The position numbers and the translations under genes were made by a program. A DNA stretch of 64,000 nt from Plasmodiophora brassicae (lineage: Eukaryota), in NCBI GenBank assembly GCA_036867785.1, contig CP145422.1:1-64000 (forward strand), in the 5' to 3' direction. The notes below the pieces were generated by a model. That model did not search any database and was not told where the DNA came from. It saw only the letters and a program-made list of their open reading frames with translations. This document shows, piece after piece, positions 19,036 through 29,551 of this stretch (position 1 is its first letter; each line of letters starts with the position of its first letter).

Positions 19036-21051
19036 GTGGGATGGTTCAGGTCAGGCAGACGCACAACAAATTGCAGCGGTCGACGGTGGGTGGGGCAGGG
19101 CGCCGTCCCATGTGGGGAGCAGCTGGCCGCAAAGCTGCAGGTCGAGCCCCGCCTAGGCAGGACCACGACTACCCTGAAGGCTTTCGTGATGGACAAGCGA
19201 AGTCACACGACAGCGGACGACTCCTGTCCACCACTTGTCAGAGGCCCTGGTCGCCCAGGCGACAACTCCTACCCATGTCCTGGAGCTTCAAGAACGTCAC
19301 CCAGAGAACACGATTCACATGTCCAAATCGTACCGGCAGCTGTCGAAGCAGGTCAGCAAACTGGTCAAGGACGTGTCCGGACATTGGCCGTTGCCGGTCG
19401 ACCTGTCCAAATGGGGCCTGGAGCAGAGGATCATCCTGATGATCTACCATGCGCGCAGCCTTGGTTCCTTGACATATCTTGGTCCAAACAGGAACTCCGC
19501 CGGGGGCAGGTCGTCGAACACACCATCGACGTCGCGGCGCTCCTCAAGTCGCTGAACGCCGGCCTCATCGAATGGGGAGACTTCGCCCACGAACTTTGCC
19601 CGATCGGCGCTGTCGGGGGCAATCTCAGCGAGGTCGGGTGCGCCACCAAGCACACCTTCGAGGTCCTTCGTATTGCGATCGAGTTCGTCGTTCTCACGTC
19701 GAGGAGTCAGGAGGACGCCGCTGACGACAGGATCGCGTCGCTCGTCGGACGCCTGCTGATGATGTTCCAAGACGCACTGAGGAAACGCAGAAACACTATC
19801 GACCTGGCCGGCGACGGCATGGCGACCGATGGTGTCGATGCCGACATCGTCGATGAGGGTAACGCCCCCGCCCGTCGAACAGCGAACAGTCGGCGCGCTT
19901 CCTTGCTGCAGTACCGAGCTGCAACGAGGTCCCGGCGAACTGTACGTGTACTGCTGGCATGTGCACATATTAGTACGACTCTGCTGAACCACTTTGTGTT
20001 TGAACAGAGTAAGAAGGATTTGGATCCAATGTCCAGCGACGTCGACAGCGAAGAACCGTCCCAGGACACCAGCGTCGTCTGCGAGTCGTGGGTGCGAGTC
20101 GTCGTCACGGTCGTCGACGTACACGTTCCAAAGCTGATGTTGCTGCGCAAGCGAGCCGCCCTGCGAAGAAGCCCAGAGAGGTTCGAATCTGTCAATGCCG
20201 CTACTGAGGCGATTAACGCGTGCGCAATCTCAGGTAAACGAACATACAGCTGGCGGACGCGCGAACCGCCCCGCACGAAAGGTCGAGATCGACCCGGTCC
20301 AACAGGTGCCACGTCCTGCACAGGTGAGAGAAACCGTGCAATTGGCATCGACGACGCTGAAGGTGATATTTAGGAGTCGGGCGCTGAGTCGTTACTGACA
20401 GGGGGCATAACGAATACGGACGCGGCCGGCGTTTGCCGGCAGATCTGCTATGCGATTGCACCGCTGCAGATCATGCGTGCGTTGCCCGGCTGGGAACACG
20501 TGTCCGGGCAAGTGCCCTGGGTGGACCTGTATAACCATGTCATGAACCTCTGCCTTGATGCGCAAGTGGCGTCGGATCTGCTCAGTGAGCTCATTCGCCT
20601 GCTGAACGGCGCCGACCGTTCCACCAGATCGTTCCCGGCCGGGCAACAGCATGACGCGGACGACTTCGTCCTGGAGGTGCTTGCGCAGATGGAGGCGTAC
20701 GCTGTCGTCAGATCGACCGGACAACCGATCAGTCGTGAGGTCATTGGATTCGTCGAGTACGTGGTCGACACGTGCATGATCTGCGCGCATGGATCTGCGC
20801 GCCCGCCCTGCGAACTCACGGTGGTGATGCTGGGTGGTTCGCAGGAGCGTATTACGCTCGCCGAACGCGCTTACCCGGGAGCAAACGACGATAATTTCAA
20901 GGAGGTGCTCCTCCAACCGGCGCTGCAATTCTGGCCAGGATGTGGAGCACCGGTCCACGACGTTTCGTTCAATCAAAGGAACGCCGCGGCCGGGCTCGGT
21001 CATGATCGTTCGTCAGGACCCGATGGAGATCGTCCGGCAATCCGGCCCTGA
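19036..21051 (+). pseudogene. Gene remnant ending in a truncated ubiquitin-specific protease (C19/USP) domain
   Basis: From 20401: Cys box GITNT...ICYAIAPLQIM, Q-box GQQHDADDF and fingers CMIC. Same frame as ORF 19036-20373, joinable through a 39-nt GT..CTGACAG intron (20363-20401). His box is absent; the 5' extent is uncertain. Confidence 0.65.
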
Positions 21052-21180
21052 CGGCGAGGTCATGACCGAGCCCGGCCGTGGCGTTCCTTGCATTGAGCGA
21101 AAAGTCGTGGACCGGTGCTCCACGTCCTGGCCAGGCTTGCAAGCCCGGTTGGAGGACCACCTCCTGGAGATTGTCGTCGT
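20886..21180. repeat. Diverged fold-back inverted repeat (arms ~120 bp, spacer ~55 bp)
   Basis: 20886-21005 (...CTGGCCAGGATGTGGAGCACCGGTCCACGA...GGCCGGGCTCGGTCATGA) is the reverse complement of 21060-21180 (TCATGACCGAGCCCGGCCG...TCGTGGACCGGTGCTCCACGTCCTGGCCAG...). The ORF track shows MTEPGRGVP.IER.VVDRCSTSWP on both strands. Confidence 0.9.
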
Positions 21181-22269
21181 GTCCTGCCTAGGCTGGGCGA
21201 GGCCAGCCTGGCGGCCACCTGCTACACACCGATATACCGTCAGGGATGGTGGATGATCGTGGTCGGAAGGCAGTCGTCCGCGAGGCGGTCAGCAGCAACG
21301 GACGCTGGGTATCGCTGCCGTGCTGCTGGACAACCAGCAGAGTAGGCAGGCGCACCTGCCCAGGCACACGAGAAAGCCGGCGACGCTCTTGCTTGCTGCG
21401 CCTGCCATTCCTGGATGGTTCACCTTCGGGGCGCGAACGTTCAATTGCAGCCATCGACTGGGGATTGACAGGGGACCGAGTCAGGTGTGTAGCAGGTGGC
21501 CGCACTGCTGGCTTCGCCCAGCCTAGGCAGGACCATAGCTGCTTGAAGGCTCCCATGATGGACAAACGACGTCACGCGACAGCTGGCGTCTCCTGTCCAC
21601 CACATGTCACAGGCCCTGGTCGCATCGCATCAGGCGACAGCACGTACCTGTCCTTGACCTGCAAGAAGATCACACAGGGATATCGATCGCGTCTACAGGA
21701 GAGAAGCAGGGGGCGTTGTCTTCGTAGTGGATGTGTTGGCCCGTGCAGATACGATCGGCGGCGACGTCAGGAAGGCGTATCCGGGCGTCAATGGCTACGG
21801 TAATCAGGATGACGACACGCCGCTGACCAGGAGGTGAACAGGCGGCCAACAGGCCCTGTTATGGTCGTAGGCTGCCGCGTCGGCCCGTGGCGCCGGTCGA
21901 CGACGACCACTGCGAGGACGCAAGCAGGGCAGACAGGCGCGACAGGTCGTCTGCGACACGCGAGGTGCGAGTCCTGTGCAGAACGTGTGAGGCCCTGGTC
22001 CTTTGCATTAGACGACAGTCTGTACCAGTGCATGGCGTTCGCCCAGACATGCTCGGCGCGTCAGCAGACATCCTGCGGTATGCATCGATGACGTCGCAAT
22101 AGTCGCAGGTACGGCGATCAGGCGCCTCGGTACATCGAGGACTTGCGACATGCGATGCCGAACACAACGTAGGCAGGCAGGCACCGCTCGACGCGCAGAC
22201 AGGGAGGTCGGCGACGACCCTGGCTGGTCAGCCAGCCACCGTCGCATGGTGCAGGGCTGGGGAGCGGCA

Positions 22270-22920
22270 TGTCAAGTCGTAGCAATCGTTGGACGACGAG
22301 CGCGTCACCAGGCTCATCCCGCTTCGACGGCAGACGACGGCAGACCTGTAGGGATCTGCGGTGCTGGTTGCTGGATTGCAAAGTCAACAAACAACACCTT
22401 GTGACGGCGGTGCCACAGTCTTTGCGGAGTGCGTGGCGGCGTCGGCGTTGTCCACGAGTGTGCTGCTGGTCGTACTGGATAAGTTGTTTGACACGCCCCC
22501 TCCAACAGCACACGGTCGCCTGGGTCAGGTTCGTATGAAACGACGTGCTGGCAGCAGGCTTTGTCAGGTAGTCGGCAGCCATCATGGCGGACGCGCACTT
22601 GGCGACTGCTTCCCGGGTGTAAGCCTTGGCGCCTTGATTGTTCTCGTACACGATCGTCGGACCGGAATGCAGGTAGCCGATCTCGGCGAGGAAGGAGTGG
22701 GAATCCACGCGAGCTAACGTGTAACAACATACAGCGATTTGATCTCAGCATGCGTTGACGATAGACTGACTTTGACGACTCCCAGGTCCCGACGCCGCAA
22801 CTGCCAGTGCACGGGTCCACCAGCCAGCAATATGATGTGGCCGGAACGGGAACGTCGGGTGCCTGGGTCGGAGGCCCAATCAGCGTCGACATACGCAACC
22901 AGGCTGTCTTCGTTCGTAGC
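22270..22920 (-). mobile_element. Ty1/copia remnant: RNase H pseudogene, PPT and 3' LTR (22270-22493)
   Basis: LVAYVDADWASDPGTRRSRSG...GGPVHW, VSLSSTHAE, TIVYENNQGA and MAADYLTKP across frameshifts. PPT GGAGGGGGCG is followed at once by TGTCAA (22493), with a matching TTGACA end at 22270. Confidence 0.88.
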
Positions 22921-23089
22921 GGATGCCTTGCGTCTAGCTCGCGTCAGCGCTGTCCCTGTTTCAAGCGGGTTCGGCAGCCAACTGCTGGCGAGTGCTGTTC
23001 CAGGCATGCAGCCCGTCGTCCCTGGTATCGGTCGTGCGCGCCGTTCGAGATCTAGTCACTATCCAGCATGCTTACGCCACCCGAGTTTC

Positions 23090-23590
23090 CGCTCATCAAT
23101 CTGGAGTCGCCGCTTATCAATCTGGAGCCGACGCGCATCGAGCTCCCGCCGCAGTTCCAGACCGACACGGCTGTCCCGAGGACAGCAGCGGCGATGACTG
23201 CAATGAATAGGTATGATGAGAACGCTGTTCATCGGCCGGTTGTTCACGGAAATTGTTTACTCACGGCAAATGTTATCCATGCCGATGTGGTACCATCATC
23301 TCCCTACATGGCGCCAGAGATCTATAGAACTGGCGGTGGGCGCAATATGCGCGTAGCGGCGCCCACCGCCAGTTCTATAGATCTCTGGCGCCATGATACC
23401 ACATCGGCATGGATAACATTCGCCGCGGGAAACAATGCGGCCGATGAACAGCGTTCTCATCGTATTCATTGCAGTCATCGCCGCTGCTGTCCTCGGGACA
23501 GCCGTGTGGGTCTGGAACTGCTACGCGGATCGCCAACTGCGGCGGGAGCTCGATGCGCGTCGCCTCCAGATTGATGAGCGGCGACTCAAG
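23090..23590. repeat. Long inverted repeat / hairpin (arms ~230-250 bp, 15-nt loop)
   Basis: Perfect 37-bp core: 23307-23343 CATGGCGCCAGAGATCTATAGAACTGGCGGTGGGCGC versus 23359-23395. Pairing continues with indels out to about 23100 and 23588. Confidence 0.95.
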
Positions 23591-23692
23591 CACGAAGAGC
23601 ATTCCACCATGATACAGTTGTTCCTGGCTTCAAGGGGTGACGGGCATCTACCGCGACAGACCCTTGAAGGACTGGAGACCTTCCTGGACTGA
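23435..23692 (+). CDS. Small single-pass membrane protein with coiled coil (orphan)
   Basis: MNSVLIVFIAVIAAAVLGTAVWVW hydrophobic segment, then charged heptads DRQLRRELDARRLQIDERRLKHEE. AT-rich tract with AATAAA downstream at ~23946. Confidence 0.5.
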   Translation: MRPMNSVLIVFIAVIAAAVLGTAVWVWNCYADRQLRRELDARRLQIDERRLKHEEHSTMIQLFLASRGDGHLPRQTLEGLETFLD

Positions 23693-25527
23693 AGGTTCGT
23701 CATGCAGTCTCGGCATGTTTACGAAACGTAATACGGTCGTCGTCTTACGGATTGATTTCGTTCATCTCTGGGCCCAAGGGGACACATATTGTGCAACCGC
23801 GCCCCCGTCTTATTTCTTGGACACCTGTCAACTGGCAACCAGCGCCACGCGCGACCACGGATTCCACTCAGGCCCTGTCTTAGGAGCGAACGAACGTGTG
23901 TCGTGACGCGAGTGGCGGCGGAATATGAACTATGTGTTTGTTTACAATAAAGTATACTTTATCAATATTTCTCCGATCCGGCAGCCGAGCAGATACCGTG
24001 CGGACGACACCAGGAACATTCCAGGGAGCAAGGAACGTTCAGTGGTAAATATGGAGGTCGGCATCTAATAACACGACCCCTCAGTCTAGCTGTAGTAGGT
24101 AGATTGGCTGGACTTGAGCTGAGAATGATGGCGACCGACGAGGAGTATATGGCTGATAGGGGGACACAGGCGCAGGTGCTAGCGCACTACTGTCGGGTTG
24201 CAGGCTGTGGGATCGGTGCTCGGCAGCATGCAACTACCCAGTAAAACCCGTTTACTTGGGACCTATTGAGTTGATAACGGGACTGGCTTGACGCTGAACC
24301 GTGACCTGAGCTCTTGGAATTGCGGCTTGCGAAAGTGCCTTGCCCGCCATCAACATACCGCATGAAGGTCTTCACCAGCAGTATAAACATGGCGAAGATC
24401 ATGAACACTACAGTAGATATCAAGAGTGTTCAATGAATAGATAATGACCGTCCCAGCAACGATCGGCAGACGGCCTGGACGCCGCTTCAGTTGACGAGTA
24501 TGTCGGCGCGCGACGCTGGTCCTGGTCCGTCTAGGCAAGTACCTAGACGGCTGAGCAGCAGCAGCTGATATATATGCTACCGGGGACGACAGGCGTATCC
24601 TGTCCAGCGTGGTTTGAGGACCTGGCCGCTTGTGTACCAGACGACGACACGCACCTTAACTGGAGGTCCATGGCGAACGTCCAGACGCGTCTGAGTAATC
24701 ATCGCGAGGCGTCCAAGCATGACGTGTTGTGGTCGTAGTGGTCCGTTGGGATGTGCCGCTGGTCGGCGGCGATGTCGGCGCGAACGCAGGGCTGGCGCGT
24801 CAGGGCGTCGACGGCCTGCGACGTCCGATGACGGGCACAACGGCAGGACGGCGGGTGGGCGGCTTGACGATCGGCAGCATCCGCTGGACGCCGGTCGCGC
24901 CGATGACGTCCATCACGGAGTCGCCGTCGGCGCCTGCGTCAGTTTTGACCGACATCCGCTTTCGTTCGATGGCCTCGTACAGACCTGGTACCTGGCCCGC
25001 ATATGGAGTTGTCGCGATGTGCCCTGCCCTGCATCATTGGCACAACGACAAGCTGACCCGCTGTCGTGCCGCACAACCACGTCGATCGTCGCCGGTATCG
25101 GTCGCTGCCGTTAGGGGCAGGCTGACGCCACGACGACGTGCATGGCCGATGTACGCAAGTGTCCACCTGATATGCTTCTATTGAACGGATCTCGTTGTGG
25201 CAATATTCCGGCTTAGGGATGGCGACGGGTCGTCGACGGCAGGCAGGCGTGCGCATGTCGACCGGCGACATCCGGCGCTGGATGTTGTCCCGTTGCTCGA
25301 CGACATGCAGGCAGTCACGCCCTGCTGACCAGACGCATGAGGAGCTAGGCGAAGTCATCGGTGGGGCGGCTCATCGTCGAGGCATTATGCGGACGTTCGT
25401 CAAGTTCGTACGAAACTTTTTTTGCGGAATCACCAGTCTTTTGATGATCTGTTGTTCGTCGTCATCGTGTCGCCGTCAGCCGTACACACGACTTGACTCG
25501 CAACCCTCTTTCCAATTGCCTTTGACG

Positions 25528-26103
25528 ATGACGAAGATGTTTGTAGTTGTTGTCACTTTGCTCTTGCAATTGGCGACGGCAGAGTATGGTGTCTGGTCTA
25601 CGTTCCGGTATCATTCTCCCGGGCACTATGTCATTCCTTTACAAGCATCCGGCTCCGGTTATCGCAAGGCAGCGTTTGCGGTGAAAGCCGACGATGAGTT
25701 CCAGGTCGACGTCTATCCGTTCAAGTCCGCCGTTCCAGGCCTTACTCGCTGTTTCCCGGACAGATGGTTCATGTCCATGTTTTCTTGTGAGTTCCCGCAT
25801 CGTCTTCCTAAGAGGTGCTTCCCACTGCTTAACGACGTCACCCCATTGGCGTATGGCCCATCCTCAAACAAGACTTTCTGGTTGGCTCCGATTGACCTAT
25901 TTACTGGCAAAAGCGCAGCGAATCCTGGCGAACATACGGGCGGTCTTCTGGTCATCATACGTTTCAATCGTCCTAGACGTTTCATCGAGAACACACGAAG
26001 GGCGCTGTCTCGAGGGCTTGTTACACGCAAGGCGTGGTCTCGACTGTGTACCATCCGTTTCATTGCATCCACTGACCTGCGCCCTTCCGAAGGGTCCTCT
26101 TGA
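25528..26103 (+). CDS. Predicted small secreted protein (191 aa), effector candidate
   Basis: Intronless ORF with signal-peptide-like MTKMFVVVVTLLLQLATA/EY. It sits in a lower-GC island flanked by degenerate repeats; no recognisable domain. Confidence 0.65.
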   Translation: MTKMFVVVVTLLLQLATAEYGVWSTFRYHSPGHYVIPLQASGSGYRKAAFAVKADDEFQVDVYPFKSAVPGLTRCFPDRWFMSMFSCEFPHRLPKRCFPLLNDVTPLAYGPSSNKTFWLAPIDLFTGKSAANPGEHTGGLLVIIRFNRPRRFIENTRRALSRGLVTRKAWSRLCTIRFIASTDLRPSEGSS

Positions 26104-27469
26104 ATGAGACCTCAGCAATGATTGTATTCGTGAATACACTACAGAAGTTCCTAAACCGGTGCCGCCCAGACTTATAGTTAGTTCCGCATAAAGGCTGATG
26201 CTGACAGTCAAGCGCGCACGTGCTGGAGGACATTGATAACGGACAGACATCGAGTGCCAACAGGTGTCCTACGTGCGTGCTACGACGCCCCACATGACTG
26301 TAATAATGCTCGTCTTGTTTGTTCAGCCATGCAAGTCGACACGCACGAGGGGGCGATATCGGCGACCTCGATCGGCGGCGGGCACCAAGCCGTGCACCCG
26401 CTGTAGCCAATACCGCCGAGGCGCTGGTTGGCGCTTAGGGACCTGCAGGGTCAGTGTCCCCGCGTTTCGATCTAGTCTGCTTGTTTTGAAGGGCTCCGCT
26501 TGTGAGGATACGAAAGCAGGGAACGTGACGGGCACCGGCGGCAGCGGGCGCTGGCGGGCGCTGCCGTGCTGGACGCCCTGCAGGGCTGGAAGGCGTCGCT
26601 CTCCACGCCGAAGGGATCTCGACAACGTCCTTAGTTGATCGCTCTGCCACCGACGCATTCTCCAGAGCAGGGGCGTACGTGACAGATTGCAACGATCGGC
26701 GAGCGGCCAGGGCGACGTCGCCGCTCTCGATCGTCGACAAGCGCCCGCCGCTTCATCAATTGCAGGGAACGCTGCCGTTCTGTGCCACCTGACGCCAGGT
26801 CGATCTCCAGTGACGTCATACGCGCGTGTTGACATGGTATCTTTGTATTGAACGGATCTGGTTGTGGCCGTATGCCCGGGAGGGCTGACGATGGGTCGTG
26901 TCGTCAAACGCCAGGACAATCTGGTTGAGGCGGTACGCCCGGCAGGCCTGACGACGGCCGGGTCGTCGACGCCAGGCAGGCGCACTGGGCTTCGACGCCC
27001 AGCTGGACGATTTGCACGGCGGTCAGCGCCGATTACAATGCGGACGGGGACCTCGGCGACGCCCTTGCTTGGTCGTTCCGCCATCGACAAACGGTGCAGG
27101 GCAGGACAGCGCGACCGATTGCAACGACCGGCGCGCCGCCACAGCTGAGGAGAAGGTCGACACGACGTTGTCTCCACCTCGCCTAGGCAGGATAACAGCT
27201 GCCTTGCAGGTGCTCATGCTGGACGGGAGACGGCAGGCGACGGCAGGAGTACCCTGCCCTGCACGTATTAGAGGGCCTGGCTCTGTGCGTTACGCGAAGA
27301 ACCGTACCTGTTATGGAGGTGCAGCGCGTTCGCCCTGACGTATGGGGCTTGCTGTTGTAAGGCGCTCAGCAGGATGTGTGGTGGTTCGTAGTCGCTCCGG
27401 GCATCAGCGCCGCTGGACGGCGGCGACGTCAGCGCCCGAGCACGCAGGTCCGCCAGACGGCGGTCGGAG

Positions 27470-27730
27470 TGGCGGGTTGGCTCTGTACGTTGCTCAGCCG
27501 TGCCAAATAGGAGACATGGTGCATCTAGACGCACGATGACGGCTTAACCGGGCGACACTTCTGCAGTAGTCATGGTCAGATTCGTATGGCGGGTTGGCTC
27601 TGTGCGTGCCTGCAACTGGCGGTCACGATGTCGTTGCTCTCCCAGGCCATATAGCAGAAGTGGCGCAGCTAGACGCACGATGACGGCTTCACCGGGCGAC
27701 AGTCCTGCAGTAGACGTGGTCAGATTCGTG
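27470..27730. repeat. Degenerate tandem repeat (about 2 units, 120-145 bp)
   Basis: TGGCGGGTTGGCTCTGT at 27470 and 27587; CTAGACGCACGATGACGGCTT.ACCGGGCGACA...CTGCAGTAG...TGGTCAGATTCGT at ~27525 and ~27669. Confidence 0.85.
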
Positions 27731-29386
27731 CACCGAAAGGGATGGGCGAGTAACATACGTGAAGTGACACAGCGTTGTGAGGTGACGAGCGATTCCAGAA
27801 CGGTCCCTGCAATAGAAGCAGAACCGTTCAAAAGCGATGCCAAGGGGAAACGACGGGCGGCGTACCAGAATGGAGTGGTTCAAGCAGATCGCAGACACGT
27901 GAAGGTCGACCAGGACAGAAACTGGATTACGCGACGACTGTCGACCAGCATCAGAAAGACGCAGTCAACAGAAGTTCAACCAGGACAGGAACTGGCTTAC
28001 AGGACAACTGTTGACCAGCGTCAGAGTTACGGCCGCATCAGCGGCGACGCAGATCTCGGCACGATTTTTTGCAGCATCGACAGTGTCTGCCAGAATGTCG
28101 AGGATGTCATGGACCAACACATCGCAGAAGACCAGATTCATCGGCAGGACGAATGCTCGCTGCAGGCGATCATGTTGGTCTGGCGACGGCAGGCGAGTCC
28201 TGTCCAGAACGTCAGAGATCTACCTAGGAGCCTCTGCATCAGACGACAACTCGCACCTGTCCTGGAGGTGCTGAGCGACATACCAGACGTATCTGGCGCG
28301 TCAGGATACGCCCTGCAGGACGTGTTGTGGTCGTAGTGAATCTATTGGCCCGTGCAGTTGGTCGGCGTCGACGACGGCGTGGGCCAGGCAAGGCAGGCAG
28401 GATCGTCAAGGCGGCGACGACCTCCGATGCCAAACAAATGGCACGTCGGGCGGCCGCGTACAACGTTTGCAGTGGGCGGCGTTGACGACCGGCAGCGCCA
28501 TCGGGTCGTCGGTCGCGCCGTCGATGACAGCCCATCACGGAGTTGGCGCCTGCTTCGCTTGAACGGCCGCCACCTTGATTCGATGGCTGTGGATAGACAT
28601 GGTACCGGACACGACCCACGACTCGAAACGATTTGTATCGCCTCCATCGGAACCATCGCAAGACACCCGTTCCCGAACGATGTTGTGCGCATAACCAGAT
28701 CGACTACGACCTGGTCCGGGGGCATACCTGAGCGCATCAGCGGCTCGGGACGCGAAGCGTTTGCTGGGAGTCTGTCGCAACCAAATGTCCTGCGCGCGCG
28801 ATATGATTCCCGGCCAGCGTGCGCCGCTCGTGTAGTCTGGTCTGCCGTGTAATTCGACACGTAGGTCCGGACGGCGTCGGCGCCCTCGATCGGCGACGGG
28901 CGCGGGCCAGGGCCCTCATTGCAGCAAACGCTGCCGTCCGACGACACGGCTTAAGCCAGAACGATCTTCAGGGTCGTTGACACGGTCTGCTTCTATTGAA
29001 CGGGCCTGGCTGTGGCGACATTGTCGGCGGCCGGTCGTCGGCGTCACGCAGGCGTTTGCACGCTGAACGGCGGCAACGGGCGGTGGGCGCCGCTGCCCTG
29101 CTGGACGACGTCCTGAAAGGCAGGCACGCGCACACCCCAGAGAGCCATGGGCATGCGAGATCGCCGAGACAGACAGCCGTGGAAGAATTCGCATAATGGA
29201 TCTCCGTGCAACATACCAAGCACCTGTGGGCCAGTTCGTTGGACCAACCAGCGTTGGGGTCGCTACCGTATATTGCAGAAAATAGTGCCCCCTGTTGAAT
29301 AGTACCCGTCCTATAGGTACCTATTTCCGAACCTTGCTGGGTTGCGCGCCCCTTACTTCTGACGAGTGACTGCTGGTGGGCGGTGG

Positions 29387-29480
29387 CCAATGGACGATGG
29401 CGCAATGGAGAGCAACGGAACGCAATGAAACGCAAAGCAGGGCAATGGTGCGCAACGGAGCGCAATGCGGTGGCGCAATG
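29387..29480. repeat. 10-bp-period minisatellite (CGCAATGGNG-like)
   Basis: CGCAATGGAG AGCAACGGAA CGCAATGAAA CGCAAAGCAG GGCAATGGTG CGCAACGGAG CGCAATGCGG at 29401-29470. Confidence 0.8.
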
Positions 29481-29551
29481 CTCCGCGTGGGGCGTGCGCC
29501 GGACATTGCGCGTTATTTTTCATTCGCGGGTGGTGGCCGCGGCGACGTACG

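Larger units (their letters stand above)
24700..29200. repeat. Cluster of fragments of an unclassified degenerate interspersed repeat family
   Basis: Recurrent diverged blocks: (T/C)TATTGAACGG..CT.G.TGTGGC at ~25175, 26843, 28990 and 5103; GGCGCTG.CGTGCTGGACG at ~26557, 29087 and 5200; GGGCGGC.TTG.CGA.CGGCAGC at ~24856, 28474 and 5274; GCCTAGGCAGGA at 19151, 21521 and 27181. Confidence 0.7.

Noticed and set aside
24187-24423. 78-aa minus-strand ORF with a hydrophobic N-terminus
   Set aside because: Non-ATG start in the track, short, no homology or splice support; cannot be supported as a gene.
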